From positions 18,522-82,521 of the IMG/VR virus record IMGVR_UViG_3300025915_000014: DNA of 64,000 nucleotides; one strand, 5' to 3'. Every line of letters begins with the position of its first letter. Positions within the stretch are counted from its first letter, which is position 1. This document shows, piece after piece, positions 26,023 through 35,664 of the stretch. The stretch comes from a virus (lineage: Duplodnaviria > Caudoviricetes). The translations under genes and the position numbers were made by a program. The notes under the pieces were generated by a model. It did not search any database. It was not told the DNA's origin and saw nothing but the letters and a program-made list of their open reading frames with translations.

Positions 26023-27756
26023 CTAGGCCTTGAGCATGCGGAAACCGGCGTCGTTGATCGAGTCGGCGCCGTGGCGGACGTACGCGAGCCAGCCGCGCTG
26101 CCCGGTGGGACGACCGAACCCGGCCCCAGCAGTGGTCTGCTGGAACAGGTGAGGGATGAACTCCATCGTCATGCCGATGCGGTCGGCGATGACGTAGTTG
26201 GAGAAGTCACCGAAGATCATGACGTAGTCGGTGCCCGCGGCGATGGTGCCGTCCATGTCCTCGGCCTCATATGCGGGCCGGTTGAGCAGCCGCTGCGGCC
26301 GGTCCCCGGCCAGCGCACCCCACAGCTCGTAGGTGGTGCCGAACGCGCGGATCATGTTGTAGATGAGGTTGTTCGCCAGCCAGGAGGCGTTGCGCCGGTA
26401 CCGGGCAGGCAGCGAACCGTGGATCTTGTAGACGTCGGCGAGGGCGAGCGCGGTATCCGAGGCCGTGGTGACCTCGCTCGCGCCGCCGGTCAGCGCGGCC
26501 ACGATCCCCGTCGGCATCGCCACGCCAGAGCCGATGGCGAACGCCGAAGACTCCAGAATGTCCTTGCCCTCGGCCATCAGCATCGCCACATCGGCGGTCA
26601 CGTTCGCCGCGTCCTGGATCGCCTCCAGGGAGATCGGCACGAAGCCCTGCGCCTTGTAGATCGGGATATTCGGGCTCGCGAACGTGGTGGAGTCGTCGGA
26701 GACCTGGCTGGCCTCCGCGTCGTAGCTCCACGCCACTGCACCCGAGGAGATCCCGTTCCACACGTCGCCGATCGCGACGACCTGCCGGGCCGCCTGCCGG
26801 ATCTCGTTCACTGATCCATTCGCTGTAAGCACCACGGTTGGATCAAGCTGGAACGGCACCAAATATCCACCGGCCGAGTCGGTCAGGGACATCGCGCGGG
26901 TCTGCCGGGCCACATGCGACACCGTCGCCATGGCCTCGCGCTCGGCGACGGACAGGTTCGCGACCCGGTCGCCGCCCTTGAAGACCTTGCACCAACCCCG
27001 CAGGTAATCGGGCTGGCTCAGGGCCAGCATGAAGCGGGCCAGGTTGCCGTCCTCGTCATCCCACCGCTCGATGATCTGCGTGGAGGCCTGCCGCACGGCG
27101 TCGGTGGTGCCCGGCAGTCGCTCGCACGCGGACAGCGCGCGGGAGTGCCACTCACGGGACACCGCATCCGGGTCCCGCCCGAACGTGCGGACCTCGTCAA
27201 AAGCCCACGGGTTGCGGTAGCGGTGATCCTCGATCGAGTCCGGCTCCATGATGACGTCGCGGTCGTACCCGACCGAGGCGTCGTGGTTGCCGCGCCCGGG
27301 GCGGCGGTCGAACGCGCCGCGCTCCGCCCGCAGGTACCCGGAGGCGTTCAGCCCGTCGGTGGTCTGCCGCACCGCGGCCAGGGCGGCATCCCGCTCCAGG
27401 CGGCGGCGGTGCCCATCGACCTCACCGAACTCGGTCTCCAGCTCACGGAAGTAGGCGTCATCCTGCTCGCTGGGTGTATCGAGCTCGGCGATGGCCGCCA
27501 TCTGCGTGCGCAGATCATGCAGCCGGTTGATCGCCTGGCTATGGGTGAGGGTCGGCCCGCGGCGCTGCCCATCGCCGTCCCGGTCCGGGTCGGCATTGCC
27601 GCCGCCCGCCGGGGGCGCCGGGGCGTCCACGGTGCGGTCGCCGCCAGCGATCGGGTAGATGGGTGCACCGTTGCTCCGGTAGCCGAGCACGGTGCCGGGT
27701 GCGTTCCTGATGTAGCCGGTGCCGATCGCGGTCCGGCCCTTGTCCTCCGCCGTCAT
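26023..27756 (-). CDS. Major capsid protein (HK97 fold)
   Basis: SAGGYLVPFQL..., IFGDFSNYVIADRIG..GQRGWLAYVRHG..AFRML; follows protease. Confidence 0.93.
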   Translation of the reverse strand: MTAEDKGRTAIGTGYIRNAPGTVLGYRSNGAPIYPIAGGDRTVDAPAPPAGGGNADPDRDGDGQRRGPTLTHSQAINRLHDLRTQMAAIAELDTPSEQDDAYFRELETEFGEVDGHRRRLERDAALAAVRQTTDGLNASGYLRAERGAFDRRPGRGNHDASVGYDRDVIMEPDSIEDHRYRNPWAFDEVRTFGRDPDAVSREWHSRALSACERLPGTTDAVRQASTQIIERWDDEDGNLARFMLALSQPDYLRGWCKVFKGGDRVANLSVAEREAMATVSHVARQTRAMSLTDSAGGYLVPFQLDPTVVLTANGSVNEIRQAARQVVAIGDVWNGISSGAVAWSYDAEASQVSDDSTTFASPNIPIYKAQGFVPISLEAIQDAANVTADVAMLMAEGKDILESSAFAIGSGVAMPTGIVAALTGGASEVTTASDTALALADVYKIHGSLPARYRRNASWLANNLIYNMIRAFGTTYELWGALAGDRPQRLLNRPAYEAEDMDGTIAAGTDYVMIFGDFSNYVIADRIGMTMEFIPHLFQQTTAGAGFGRPTGQRGWLAYVRHGADSINDAGFRMLKA

Positions 27757-27802
27757 CGGCGTCTCTCCCGCGTACTAGGAGGGCACCCCCTCCGCGGAAG
27801 CG

Positions 27803-28978
27803 CTAGGGGGATGTGGGCAAGGCCAGGGTTCGATCGAGCACGCACCGGTAGCGGCTGCGCAGGTCGTCGCGTCGCTCATAGGGATTGGCCGGACGACGCT
27901 CGCCCGTTCCCGTGGCCTGATCGCGAGTGCTGCCCGGCCGGTCTGCGGTGCGGTCCGGCTCGGCGCCCCGTGGGGGAGTGGCGTCCGAGTGGTCCGCGGC
28001 CGGTGGTCCGGTGGTCGGCGGCTCGTGCGTGTGGACGGCCGTAGCGTGGTCCACGCGGGAATTATGCACCGGTTCGATCAGCGAGCCAGCCATGCGGGCC
28101 AGCTCGGCGCGTCCCAGCGGCGCGAACCGGTCCGCCGGGTGCTGCGGCGGCGGGGTGCCGACCCCGGTAGCGCGGGCCAGCTCCGCATCGAGCAGCGCGA
28201 TGACGTGCCCGGCGTCGCGCTGCTGCGCGAGCGCCGCCAAGTCGATGATCATGCGGGAGCCGTCGGTGCTGCGCGCGCCCACATCGGTGTCCTTGTAGGC
28301 GGGCCAGACGACGGGCCCGGCCTCGGTGACGCGCACCTCGATCAGGTCGCGGCGCAGCGGGAACTGGTCTTCGGAGCCCTCCTCCCAGAACAGCAGATTG
28401 AACAGCTCGTGATCGTCCTTGATCTCCCGGCCGGTGGCGTCCCACCACTTCTCCTTCATCACCGAGAACCGGAAGCTCATCCCGGACACGTCGCCGCCGC
28501 GGATGGCCTGCGCGAACGGGGCGACCAACCAGTTGTCGGTCATCCGCCCGCGCGACCACGACCCGACCTCGTCCTCCTTCGCCTCCGTCCACCGCCCCAG
28601 CGGCAGCGACCCGAGCAGCGGATGGCGGCCGTGGTCGAACTGCATCTTGGGGGTGCCCTCGCGCAATGTCTTCTTGGTCGCACCAGGAAGCACTTGCTCG
28701 GTGAAATCTCCCTCCCAGCTCTTGATCTCGGTGAGGCTGTTGAAGACCGTCCAGTGCCCCTCGATGGTCAGCCCGTCGTTGACCTCACCGTCCGCGGCCG
28801 GGGTCATCCGCACCTGCTGATCGACGGTGCGGGACAGATCGGTGCGCACCGGGCGCCCGGCCAGCAGGGACCGCAGCGCATGGTCCGGGCAGCCGTCCAT
28901 CACCAACTCTGGATCACGTCCAGTCTGGCGGAGCCGGTCGGTCAGCTCGGTCACGGACATCAGCGCTGTGGTCATCAC
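27803..28978 (-). CDS. HK97-family prohead protease
   Basis: FTEQVLPGA..FDHG..GMSFRF..EAGPVVWPAY. Confidence 0.9.
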   Translation of the reverse strand: MMTTALMSVTELTDRLRQTGRDPELVMDGCPDHALRSLLAGRPVRTDLSRTVDQQVRMTPAADGEVNDGLTIEGHWTVFNSLTEIKSWEGDFTEQVLPGATKKTLREGTPKMQFDHGRHPLLGSLPLGRWTEAKEDEVGSWSRGRMTDNWLVAPFAQAIRGGDVSGMSFRFSVMKEKWWDATGREIKDDHELFNLLFWEEGSEDQFPLRRDLIEVRVTEAGPVVWPAYKDTDVGARSTDGSRMIIDLAALAQQRDAGHVIALLDAELARATGVGTPPPQHPADRFAPLGRAELARMAGSLIEPVHNSRVDHATAVHTHEPPTTGPPAADHSDATPPRGAEPDRTADRPGSTRDQATGTGERRPANPYERRDDLRSRYRCVLDRTLALPTSP

Positions 28979-30525
28979 GACCCCTTCCCGTTAAGCGCCA
29001 GGCGCGGATGCGGGTGCATACCGGAGACGTGCAGCAGCCGGTCGACGCCGTCGAGCGTGCCGGTCTCGGGCAGCGTCTCCTCCGCGTGCTCGCCGGTGGG
29101 GGCGGCGTCCTTCGTGGCGGGCTTGCCGCCGTTGGTTGCGGGCTTCGGCGCCGGGGTGGGCGCGGTCGGCGGCGGCCCCCCGATCGGCTGGAGCTGCACC
29201 GAGACCAGGCCGGTGGGGACCAGCAGCGTGGCGTCCTCCGCGACCGCGGCCTCCACCGCGCTCTCCGGGGTGAACCCCGCCGTGATGTAGATATTGATGA
29301 TGGAGGCGCGGGCCTGCTCGACCGCCGCGCGGGCCTGCGCCTCGTCCCGCAGGAACGCGACCTCCCGGGTGTCGTACCAGAGCTTCGCGTCATTCCCCGG
29401 CGGCGGCACCAGCGGTTGCAGCGACCCGCACACATTCCCCCACAGGCTCGCCATGGTGATGTCCCCGAAGCGGCGCATGGCCTGCGCATAGTTGGAGTAC
29501 GTCGCCTGGGACAGGCCCTCGGAGAGACCGACGATGACCGGGGGCACCCCGGCGCGGGCCGCCATCCGGGTCTCCCCGCGGCCCTGGATCTTCTCGAAGT
29601 CGATCTGGTGGAGCTGCGCGCCGATCACCTTCACGTCCGCGCCGCCGCCCAGGTACAGCGTCTTGTAGGCGTTCTCCACGCCGCGATGGTCGAGATCCAT
29701 GGCCGCTTTGAACTCGCGGAACTGTCCCGGGGTGACCGCATCCGACAGCGCGACGGAGATGTTCGGGGTGGCCGCGTTCTCGAAGAACTTCGTCTTGTGC
29801 CGCTCCATCGCCTTGTCGTTGACGATCTCCCGGACGACCGCGGTCAGCCAGGACTGCCCGCGGTAGGTCGCGAGCGGGTCGGGGTCGGGCGCGAAGTGCG
29901 CCACCTCCGACACATCCAGCAGCGCGATGTCCTCCGGCGCGCACAGCTCGATGCCGCCGTCGTGATACGTGTAGCCGACCCGCCGCCAGCCCAGCCGCCC
30001 GCCCGTCGGGTGCTCGATCGGCATCAGCATGATCTGCACCCAGTCGGGGCGCAGCCGCAGCAGCTCCGGGCCGAGCGGTCCGATGCTGCGGGTGATGTAG
30101 GAGTTCCCGGCCAGGTCGACGTCCTGCATCATCCGCATCAGCAGGTCTTGGGTGGTGCCGCCCGGCCACGGGTTCTCCAGCAGCGCCAGGTTCGGCATCC
30201 CGAACAGCCCGGAGCCGCGGCCGTTGCGCTGCCGCTGGAACGCGAACCCGACCAGGGAGAACGCCAGCACCCGCACCCCGGTGATCGCCGCGATGGCGCC
30301 GTCGCCGTCGTAGAGCTGCCGGGCGTAGCCCTCGAACGAGTGCAGCACCCGCTCCGCCGGTTCCTTCTGCCACTGCACCTGCCCGGGGGAGAACCCCCAG
30401 TTGTAGGCGGCGTCGCTGTAGAGGTTCCCCAGGGTGAGCGCGAAGTCGTCGACGGTCGTGATGTCGCGTTCCGGCTCGGGCGCGGGCCGCAGCCGCGACA
30501 CCATCTCCGCAACGAGGGAGGGCAT
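28975..30525 (-). CDS. Portal protein
   Basis: LLENPWPG..DLAGNSY..LRPDWV..FFENAATP..GVPPVIVG; after terminase. Confidence 0.92.
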   Translation of the reverse strand: MPSLVAEMVSRLRPAPEPERDITTVDDFALTLGNLYSDAAYNWGFSPGQVQWQKEPAERVLHSFEGYARQLYDGDGAIAAITGVRVLAFSLVGFAFQRQRNGRGSGLFGMPNLALLENPWPGGTTQDLLMRMMQDVDLAGNSYITRSIGPLGPELLRLRPDWVQIMLMPIEHPTGGRLGWRRVGYTYHDGGIELCAPEDIALLDVSEVAHFAPDPDPLATYRGQSWLTAVVREIVNDKAMERHKTKFFENAATPNISVALSDAVTPGQFREFKAAMDLDHRGVENAYKTLYLGGGADVKVIGAQLHQIDFEKIQGRGETRMAARAGVPPVIVGLSEGLSQATYSNYAQAMRRFGDITMASLWGNVCGSLQPLVPPPGNDAKLWYDTREVAFLRDEAQARAAVEQARASIINIYITAGFTPESAVEAAVAEDATLLVPTGLVSVQLQPIGGPPPTAPTPAPKPATNGGKPATKDAAPTGEHAEETLPETGTLDGVDRLLHVSGMHPHPRLALNGKGS

Positions 30526-30770
30526 CAGCCCGCCCGCTCGTCAGGCGTCCGCGCCTGCTGCACCCACGGCGGGCGGCGCGGCTTCTCCCCGGCGTCGGGT
30601 CGTTGGACATCGATGCCCAACGCGGCCACGGCCATCACCAGCACCCCCAGCACGATCACGCCCCAGCCCACGCCGAACACCAGCGCGACCCCGCACCCGG
30701 TGATAGTCGCACCCAACAGCACTGCAACCACGGCAACGGCGCGCGGTGAGATCAGCCGTACTCCGCCCAT
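30525..30770 (-). CDS. Small membrane protein between terminase and portal
   Basis: Two hydrophobic stretches. Confidence 0.6.
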   Translation of the reverse strand: MGGVRLISPRAVAVVAVLLGATITGCGVALVFGVGWGVIVLGVLVMAVAALGIDVQRPDAGEKPRRPPWVQQARTPDERAG

Positions 30771-32458
30771 GCCTGCCCACCCTGCTCGATGCCGTGCAGT
30801 CGGAAACCGTGCAGCGCGAGGGTAACGGCGATCAACGTCGTGATGTCCGCAGTCGAGGAGCGCTGGTCCCACGCCCACGATTCCGACAGCGGCCGGGTGC
30901 CCGCCTCGCGCACCGCGTCGTTGAGCGGCTGCTGTCCACAGTGGCGGAGCCGGTCGGCCTCCACCGAGACGTCCGCGACGATCTCCCCGCACGACGCCGC
31001 GTACTCCCGCGCCGACACCTCGCGCAGCCCGCCGTACGCCGAGCGGCGCGCCTTCCACCGCGGCAGCGGACCCGAATCCTCATCCTCCGGGTCCGGCGAG
31101 ACCAGGTCCGCGATGAGCGCCCCGGCCGGGGACGCCGGGTTCAGCAGCACCACGCACACGTGATACCGCGCGCACAGATCGAGGATCCGCGGCACCACCC
31201 ACGCCGTCCCCCCACCCGGACGATGGTCGGTGACCTTGATGTGGAACCGGCCGTCCTCCTCACGCCGCCCCGCGGACGCGATGGCCGCCGTCCGCCCATC
31301 CAGGGACACCTCGACCCCGAGCGCGATGCACGTCCCCGGCCGCGAACCGGGGTCGCCGATCGCGACCCACCGGTCGTAGTCGATGCGGTTGGCATCCGCG
31401 TCCAGGTCCGGCCAGAACCCGATCCCCAAACGTTCGACCAGGAACGTGCGCAGCCCCATCGCCCGGAACTCGCGACGGATGCGGCGCTCCTTGAGCCGGA
31501 ACCCGACCCCGGCGTTCGCCGCGCACCACTGCTGCGGATCCCCGGCCAGGGCCCGCACCTCCTCCACCGACCGATCCAACGCCTGGGAGATCTTGTCCTC
31601 GTCGGCCTGCCATTCCAGCCAGGCCAGCCCGCCCCGGTCCTCATCGACCTCCGCGCCCGGCGGCGCCGGGGCCTCAGAGATCTCCGCGAGCGCGCGGGCC
31701 CGCACCCGCGCCAGCGTCACCCCCCACTGGTGCACGTCCTTGTCGACCGCCGAGCTGGTGTACCAGAGCTGCGGGTTCGGCACCGCGCTCAGCGTCGGCA
31801 ACTGTGCGCCGACCACGGTCTCCGGCAGGTTGAAGGCCTCATCCCAGATCACCAGGTCGGCGGTGAAGCCACGCCCGGAACCGGTGGTGCGCGCCACGAA
31901 CCGCAGGCGGCACACCTTCCCGCCGGTGCGCTGCCAGGCCGCCGGGCCCGAGATGATGACCCGCGTCGGTTTGAGCTCGATGCCCTCGTTGCCGTGCGCG
32001 GACTGGAAGCCGTTGGAGGCGACGCGGCGCAGCATCCAGCCGCAGCCCTCGATCCGGTTCTTGATCCGCCGGTAGGCCTCGGTGCTGGTTTTGAACTCGT
32101 GCGCGGAGTGGAGGATCAGCTCCTCCTCGAACAGGTAGAGCCCGCCCAGCTCCCGGGCTTCGAGGATGGCGCCCTTCCCGTTCTGGCGGCTGATCAGCAG
32201 CCCGACCTCGAACGCCGACCATTCCCAGTCGTCCTCATCCTCCGGGGACGGCTGCTCCCACAGCGCGCACTCCAGGGTGAACTCCTGCCAGGGGTCGAGG
32301 AACAACCCGGCGCCCGCGCAGAGGTCCACCACCTCCGGGCCGGAGGTGCGGAGCCGGTCAGTCTCCGGCGGGAGCAGGAGGCGTTGCGGACGCTGTAGCC
32401 CGAAGCGCTGCGGCCCGCGCGGCCTCGCGCCCCTTCGCTCGACGGTCGGCAAGCTCAT
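30752..32458 (-). CDS. terL: Terminase large subunit
   Basis: LDPWQ; ISRQNGKG Walker A; LVIWDEA Walker B; C-terminal nuclease region. Confidence 0.93.
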   Translation of the reverse strand: MSLPTVERRGARPRGPQRFGLQRPQRLLLPPETDRLRTSGPEVVDLCAGAGLFLDPWQEFTLECALWEQPSPEDEDDWEWSAFEVGLLISRQNGKGAILEARELGGLYLFEEELILHSAHEFKTSTEAYRRIKNRIEGCGWMLRRVASNGFQSAHGNEGIELKPTRVIISGPAAWQRTGGKVCRLRFVARTTGSGRGFTADLVIWDEAFNLPETVVGAQLPTLSAVPNPQLWYTSSAVDKDVHQWGVTLARVRARALAEISEAPAPPGAEVDEDRGGLAWLEWQADEDKISQALDRSVEEVRALAGDPQQWCAANAGVGFRLKERRIRREFRAMGLRTFLVERLGIGFWPDLDADANRIDYDRWVAIGDPGSRPGTCIALGVEVSLDGRTAAIASAGRREEDGRFHIKVTDHRPGGGTAWVVPRILDLCARYHVCVVLLNPASPAGALIADLVSPDPEDEDSGPLPRWKARRSAYGGLREVSAREYAASCGEIVADVSVEADRLRHCGQQPLNDAVREAGTRPLSESWAWDQRSSTADITTLIAVTLALHGFRLHGIEQGGQAWAEYG

Positions 32459-32888
32459 CGGCCACGTCCTCCGGGCCCTCATCGATCTGCGCCGCCGCGG
32501 CCCGCGTGTTCAATCCGTGCAGGTCACGCTGCCCGGCCATCGCACGCAGCACGATCACCGCCGCAGCCTCCGAGCCCTGGATGGCCCGAAGCAACCACGT
32601 CTGGATGAGCCGCTCGAACCGGTCGTCCATCAGCGCGCGTCGCTCGGTGACGGTAAGGGGATCCTCCCGGTCGGTGCCACGGACACGCTGGGCATGCGCC
32701 AGGTACGCGGCGCGGGCGGCGGAGGCGTTCGAGTACAGCGTCGGCGCCACCCCGGTCGGGTCCGGCATCCGCGCGATCTGATCGAAGTTCAGCCCGCCCT
32801 GCGTCTTGAGCACGTAGGCGCGCTCCTGGCATTCCTCGGTCTGCCCCCGGCTGCGGCGGTGCCGCCGCGGGCGCGCCTCACCCCCCAT
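32358..32888 (-). CDS. Probable terminase small subunit
   Basis: Immediately upstream of TerL; HTH-like GLNFDQIA..YSNASAA; DELADRR tail. Confidence 0.65.
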   Translation of the reverse strand: MGGEARPRRHRRSRGQTEECQERAYVLKTQGGLNFDQIARMPDPTGVAPTLYSNASAARAAYLAHAQRVRGTDREDPLTVTERRALMDDRFERLIQTWLLRAIQGSEAAAVIVLRAMAGQRDLHGLNTRAAAAQIDEGPEDVADELADRRAKGREAARAAALRATASATPPAPAGD

Positions 32889-33093
32889 GGCCGTTGCCCT
32901 TGATCTCCCGCTGCTCCAGTACGGCCACCCCCGACACCCCCGAGACGATGGTGAAGGCCACGCCGGGGAAGCGGGCCTGCAACCCCTCCACGATCTTGAT
33001 CCGCTCGGCGTCGGACCAGCGGTCATCCGGGCAGGTCAGCAGCACCCGATCCCCCGGTCGCACCTGCATGGCGTGGAAGACGCGCTCCATCAT
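32878..33093 (-). CDS. Hypothetical protein
   Basis: ATGA overlap; MMERVFHAMQVRPGDRVLL. Confidence 0.55.
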   Translation of the reverse strand: MMERVFHAMQVRPGDRVLLTCPDDRWSDAERIKIVEGLQARFPGVAFTIVSGVSGVAVLEQREIKGNGHGG

Positions 33094-33437
33094 GGCGGCC
33101 ACTTCAGACTGCTCGGGAGTCGGGAGGCGCCGTTCGCCGCCGCCAACTCCTGGTGCGCCGCCGTCGCGAGCTGCTCGGCGACCTCGCGGACGGTCGCCCG
33201 CACCGTGGACTCGGTGACCTCATTCAGCGGCAGCACCTTGGCCAGCCCGATGTTGCGCCCGAGGTGCGCGAGCGACGGGATCGCCAGGTAGACGAGCACT
33301 GCGAGGTGGGGATCCGGCACGATCGGATGCGCGCAGATCGACGCGGCGAACTGGCAGCGGGTCTCCGGCAGCGCCGAGCCCAGCTCATCGGCCGCCCAGA
33401 TCAGCAGCGCCCCCGGCAGCGCCTCGTGATCAACCAT
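33090..33437 (-). CDS. Hypothetical protein
   Basis: 115 aa ORF heading the late operon. Confidence 0.5.
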   Translation of the reverse strand: MVDHEALPGALLIWAADELGSALPETRCQFAASICAHPIVPDPHLAVLVYLAIPSLAHLGRNIGLAKVLPLNEVTESTVRATVREVAEQLATAAHQELAAANGASRLPSSLKWPP

Positions 33438-33550
33438 GGTGGCCGCCTGCGAACCCGCCGAGCCCCGCGTGTCCTGCCTGCCCCCGCGCCCGTATCAACA
33501 GATCGCCCCCGCCCGCATCGGCCCCGCGCCCATGCTGGCACGCTGCGCGC

Positions 33551-33769
33551 ATGACGACGCCATCGCGCGCCGCGTTGCTCTGGGAGATCGAGCGGCTGCG
33601 CCGGGACCGGAACACGTGGGAGCTGGTCGCGCTGGCCGGGCTGATCACGAAGCTGGATGCGGCGACGGCGGCGCGGGTCGGTGATCGCATGCGGGAGATC
33701 GTGTTCGGAAAGGTGGGGGGCGATCCGCGCGCCGCTACTAGCACCGGGCTGGCGCTGCGCCCGGACTAG
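33551..33769 (+). CDS. Hypothetical protein
   Basis: 72 aa helical ORF. Confidence 0.5.
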   Translation: MTTPSRAALLWEIERLRRDRNTWELVALAGLITKLDAATAARVGDRMREIVFGKVGGDPRAATSTGLALRPD

Positions 33770-33794
33770 AACCCGCGCCGGGCGCGCGTACCTT
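33766..33794 (+). promoter_or_regulatory. Promoter with near-palindromic operator (33773-33787)
   Basis: CCGCGCCGGGCGCGC then TACCTT, 7 nt, GTG of 33802. Confidence 0.65.
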
Positions 33795-33801
33795 CCTCGT
33801 C

Positions 33802-34287
33802 GTGATCCCCGTCCGGTTGACGATCGAGGACTACGACCGCGCCGTCGCCGTCGGGATGCGCCGCATGGTCACCAGCCAACGGCGCGGCGACAACCACGCC
33901 TCCACCTACCAGCGCACCTGGCTGGAACGCACCCGGGAGGAAACCATCGGGGCCTGCGGGGAGCTGGCGTTCTGCAAGGCCTACGACATCGCCTGGCCCG
34001 AATCCGTCGACACCTTCCACCACATCCCCGACGTCGCCGGGGTCGAGATCCGGGCCTGCCACCGCGACGGCGCCTGCCTCATCATCCGCGACAACGACGA
34101 CGACGACCGCTGGTACTACCTGATCACCGGCGAGCCCCCGGAGATGATGATCCGCGGCTGCATCCGCGGGCGGGACGCGAAGCGGGATGCGTGGGTGCGT
34201 GATCCGCATGGGCATCGCCGCGCATGGTTCGTGCCGCAAGAAGCGCTGCATGCCGTGGCCGCGCGCAACGGGGGCCGGGAGCAGTGA
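33802..34287 (+). CDS. Possible PD-(D/E)xK nuclease-like protein
   Basis: GACGELAF...PDVAGVEIR pattern. Confidence 0.45.
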   Translation: MIPVRLTIEDYDRAVAVGMRRMVTSQRRGDNHASTYQRTWLERTREETIGACGELAFCKAYDIAWPESVDTFHHIPDVAGVEIRACHRDGACLIIRDNDDDDRWYYLITGEPPEMMIRGCIRGRDAKRDAWVRDPHGHRRAWFVPQEALHAVAARNGGREQ

Positions 34288-34538
34288 TCGACGCCGATCA
34301 GGAGTGTCCGCGCTGCGGCGACCCCGGGCCGCCGCACACCGTGACGGTCGCGCTCAACCCCGACGCGCCGATCTGGGACACGTTCCGGGTGACGCTCTGG
34401 CAGTGCCGGGTGTGCCTGCATCGCTACTCGCGGGCCGCGGTCATCGCCGCCCGCCGCCGCGAGGCCATCGCCGCCGGGCCCCCGTTCGTGTCCGCGCGTG
34501 CGGTACGCACCGCCCGGCCCTCGCCGCGCTACCTGTAG
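34284..34538 (+). CDS. Zn-ribbon protein
   Basis: CPRC...CRVC; GTGA overlap. Confidence 0.55.
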   Translation: MIDADQECPRCGDPGPPHTVTVALNPDAPIWDTFRVTLWQCRVCLHRYSRAAVIAARRREAIAAGPPFVSARAVRTARPSPRYL

Positions 34539-34599
34539 AGCCTGCGCGAGGGACGGAGGGCGGGTCCGCACATACCACCGCGAGAGGCGGAGGGCGGAC

Positions 34600-34715
34600 C
34601 CTGGGTATCGCGCGGCCGATTCCCGGCGTCCGGGGGGGGAACTTACGGCGAGGGTCGGGTCGCCCCCCTCCCCCCCCGCTCGATCGGACCCTCCCCCCCC
34701 AGGGAGGGCCTTTGA
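34600..34715. other. Candidate packaging (cos/pac) region
   Basis: Non-coding G/C homopolymer tracts between packaging HNH and terminase genes; position-based inference. Confidence 0.35.
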
Positions 34716-34769
34716 CCTGCGACTATACCATCCTGTAGATCCACTTGTGATCGTTCCACTGTGGACTGG

Positions 34770-35096
34770 CTAGGGATCTTCGTCTGTGATCCACATGGTC
34801 ATGTCTGGGCCACCATCCCAGAACGGCTTGGTTCCTTTCTGGATGTTGTGGATCAGATGAGCAGGTTCGAGATTCTCATCTGCATAAGGATCACCACCAT
34901 TAGCTATAGCTGATGTGTGATCAACGGAGAAGGACCAAGGATCTGGATGCTTGATCGTCAGGTCTATGGGAGCAGCGCATAGCGTGCAGATCATGGGACG
35001 TCGCGCTCGCACACGTGCGACAGCACAACGCCAACGATGTCCGCTGCGTACTGGTGGGTCAGGGGACGCACGCACCATGGGACACCACATCCACAT
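34770..35096 (-). CDS. HNH endonuclease (packaging-associated, gp74-like); start uncertain
   Basis: CTLC..PID..SVDH..GG..NLEPAHLIHNIQKG. Confidence 0.8.
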   Translation of the reverse strand: MWMWCPMVRASPDPPVRSGHRWRCAVARVRARRPMICTLCAAPIDLTIKHPDPWSFSVDHTSAIANGGDPYADENLEPAHLIHNIQKGTKPFWDGGPDMTMWITDEDP

Positions 35097-35170
35097 GTCG
35101 GGTAGGTGATCTAGCTGCTAGAGCGTATGTGCGTGGGTGGGGTGGCTGCGTGCGTGTGCGTGGGTACGTG

Positions 35171-35270
35171 CGTGTGGGCGTGTGTGTGCGTGTGTGGGCG
35201 TGGTAGCGCTGGGCTATAGGGCTGGCGCTAGTGGCTGCGCTACACCCACACACGCCCACACACGCCCAAC
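35171..35270. repeat. Imperfect inverted repeat of GT-rich arms
   Basis: Left arm CGTGTGGGCGTGTGTGTGCGTGTGTGGGCGTGGTAGCGC vs right arm GCGCTACACCCACACACGCCCACACACGCCCAACG. Confidence 0.7.
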
Positions 35271-35455
35271 GTCCCTATGCGCTGGTACGGCACGCCTGCA
35301 CCCGACACCACGCACCCAGCACCCAGCACCCATGCCCATGCACCCTGGACGCTTGGGCAGGCAGGGGTGCAGGCGAGGGGACTGCCTGGCGTACCGAAGG
35401 AGGGCGGCCGTCAAGGCGGGCCCTTGGTGTGCTGGCCCTTGGTGCTGGGCCCGGT

Positions 35456-35561
35456 AGATACACCGGCCCGCTACTTGAGTAGCGCTACTTCTATCGCCCC
35501 GCGGAGATACACGGGCCCGCGGCTGATGGGGAGGGGGAGATACACGCCCCCGGAGATACAC
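35456..35561 (+). repeat. Four direct repeats AGATACAC
   Basis: Copies at 35456, 35505, 35538, 35554; last three GGAGATACACG. Confidence 0.8.
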
Positions 35562-35583
35562 GCCTGCCGGGCCCACGTCGACT

Positions 35584-35612
35584 GGCGCGCCGGGCGCGCA
35601 CCCGGCTAAACT
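35584..35612 (+). promoter_or_regulatory. Promoter with palindromic operator (35585-35599) over -35
   Basis: GCGCGCCGGGCGCGC then ACCCGGC-TAAACT upstream of 35665. Confidence 0.6.
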
Positions 35613-35664
35613 GGGCGTCTACCAGGGGAAACGCCCCCGGACGAAGATCCATCGGAGATCCACT

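Noticed and set aside
30752-32458. Intein or intron in terminase
   Set aside because: Normal length, with no splice motifs or homing-endonuclease insert
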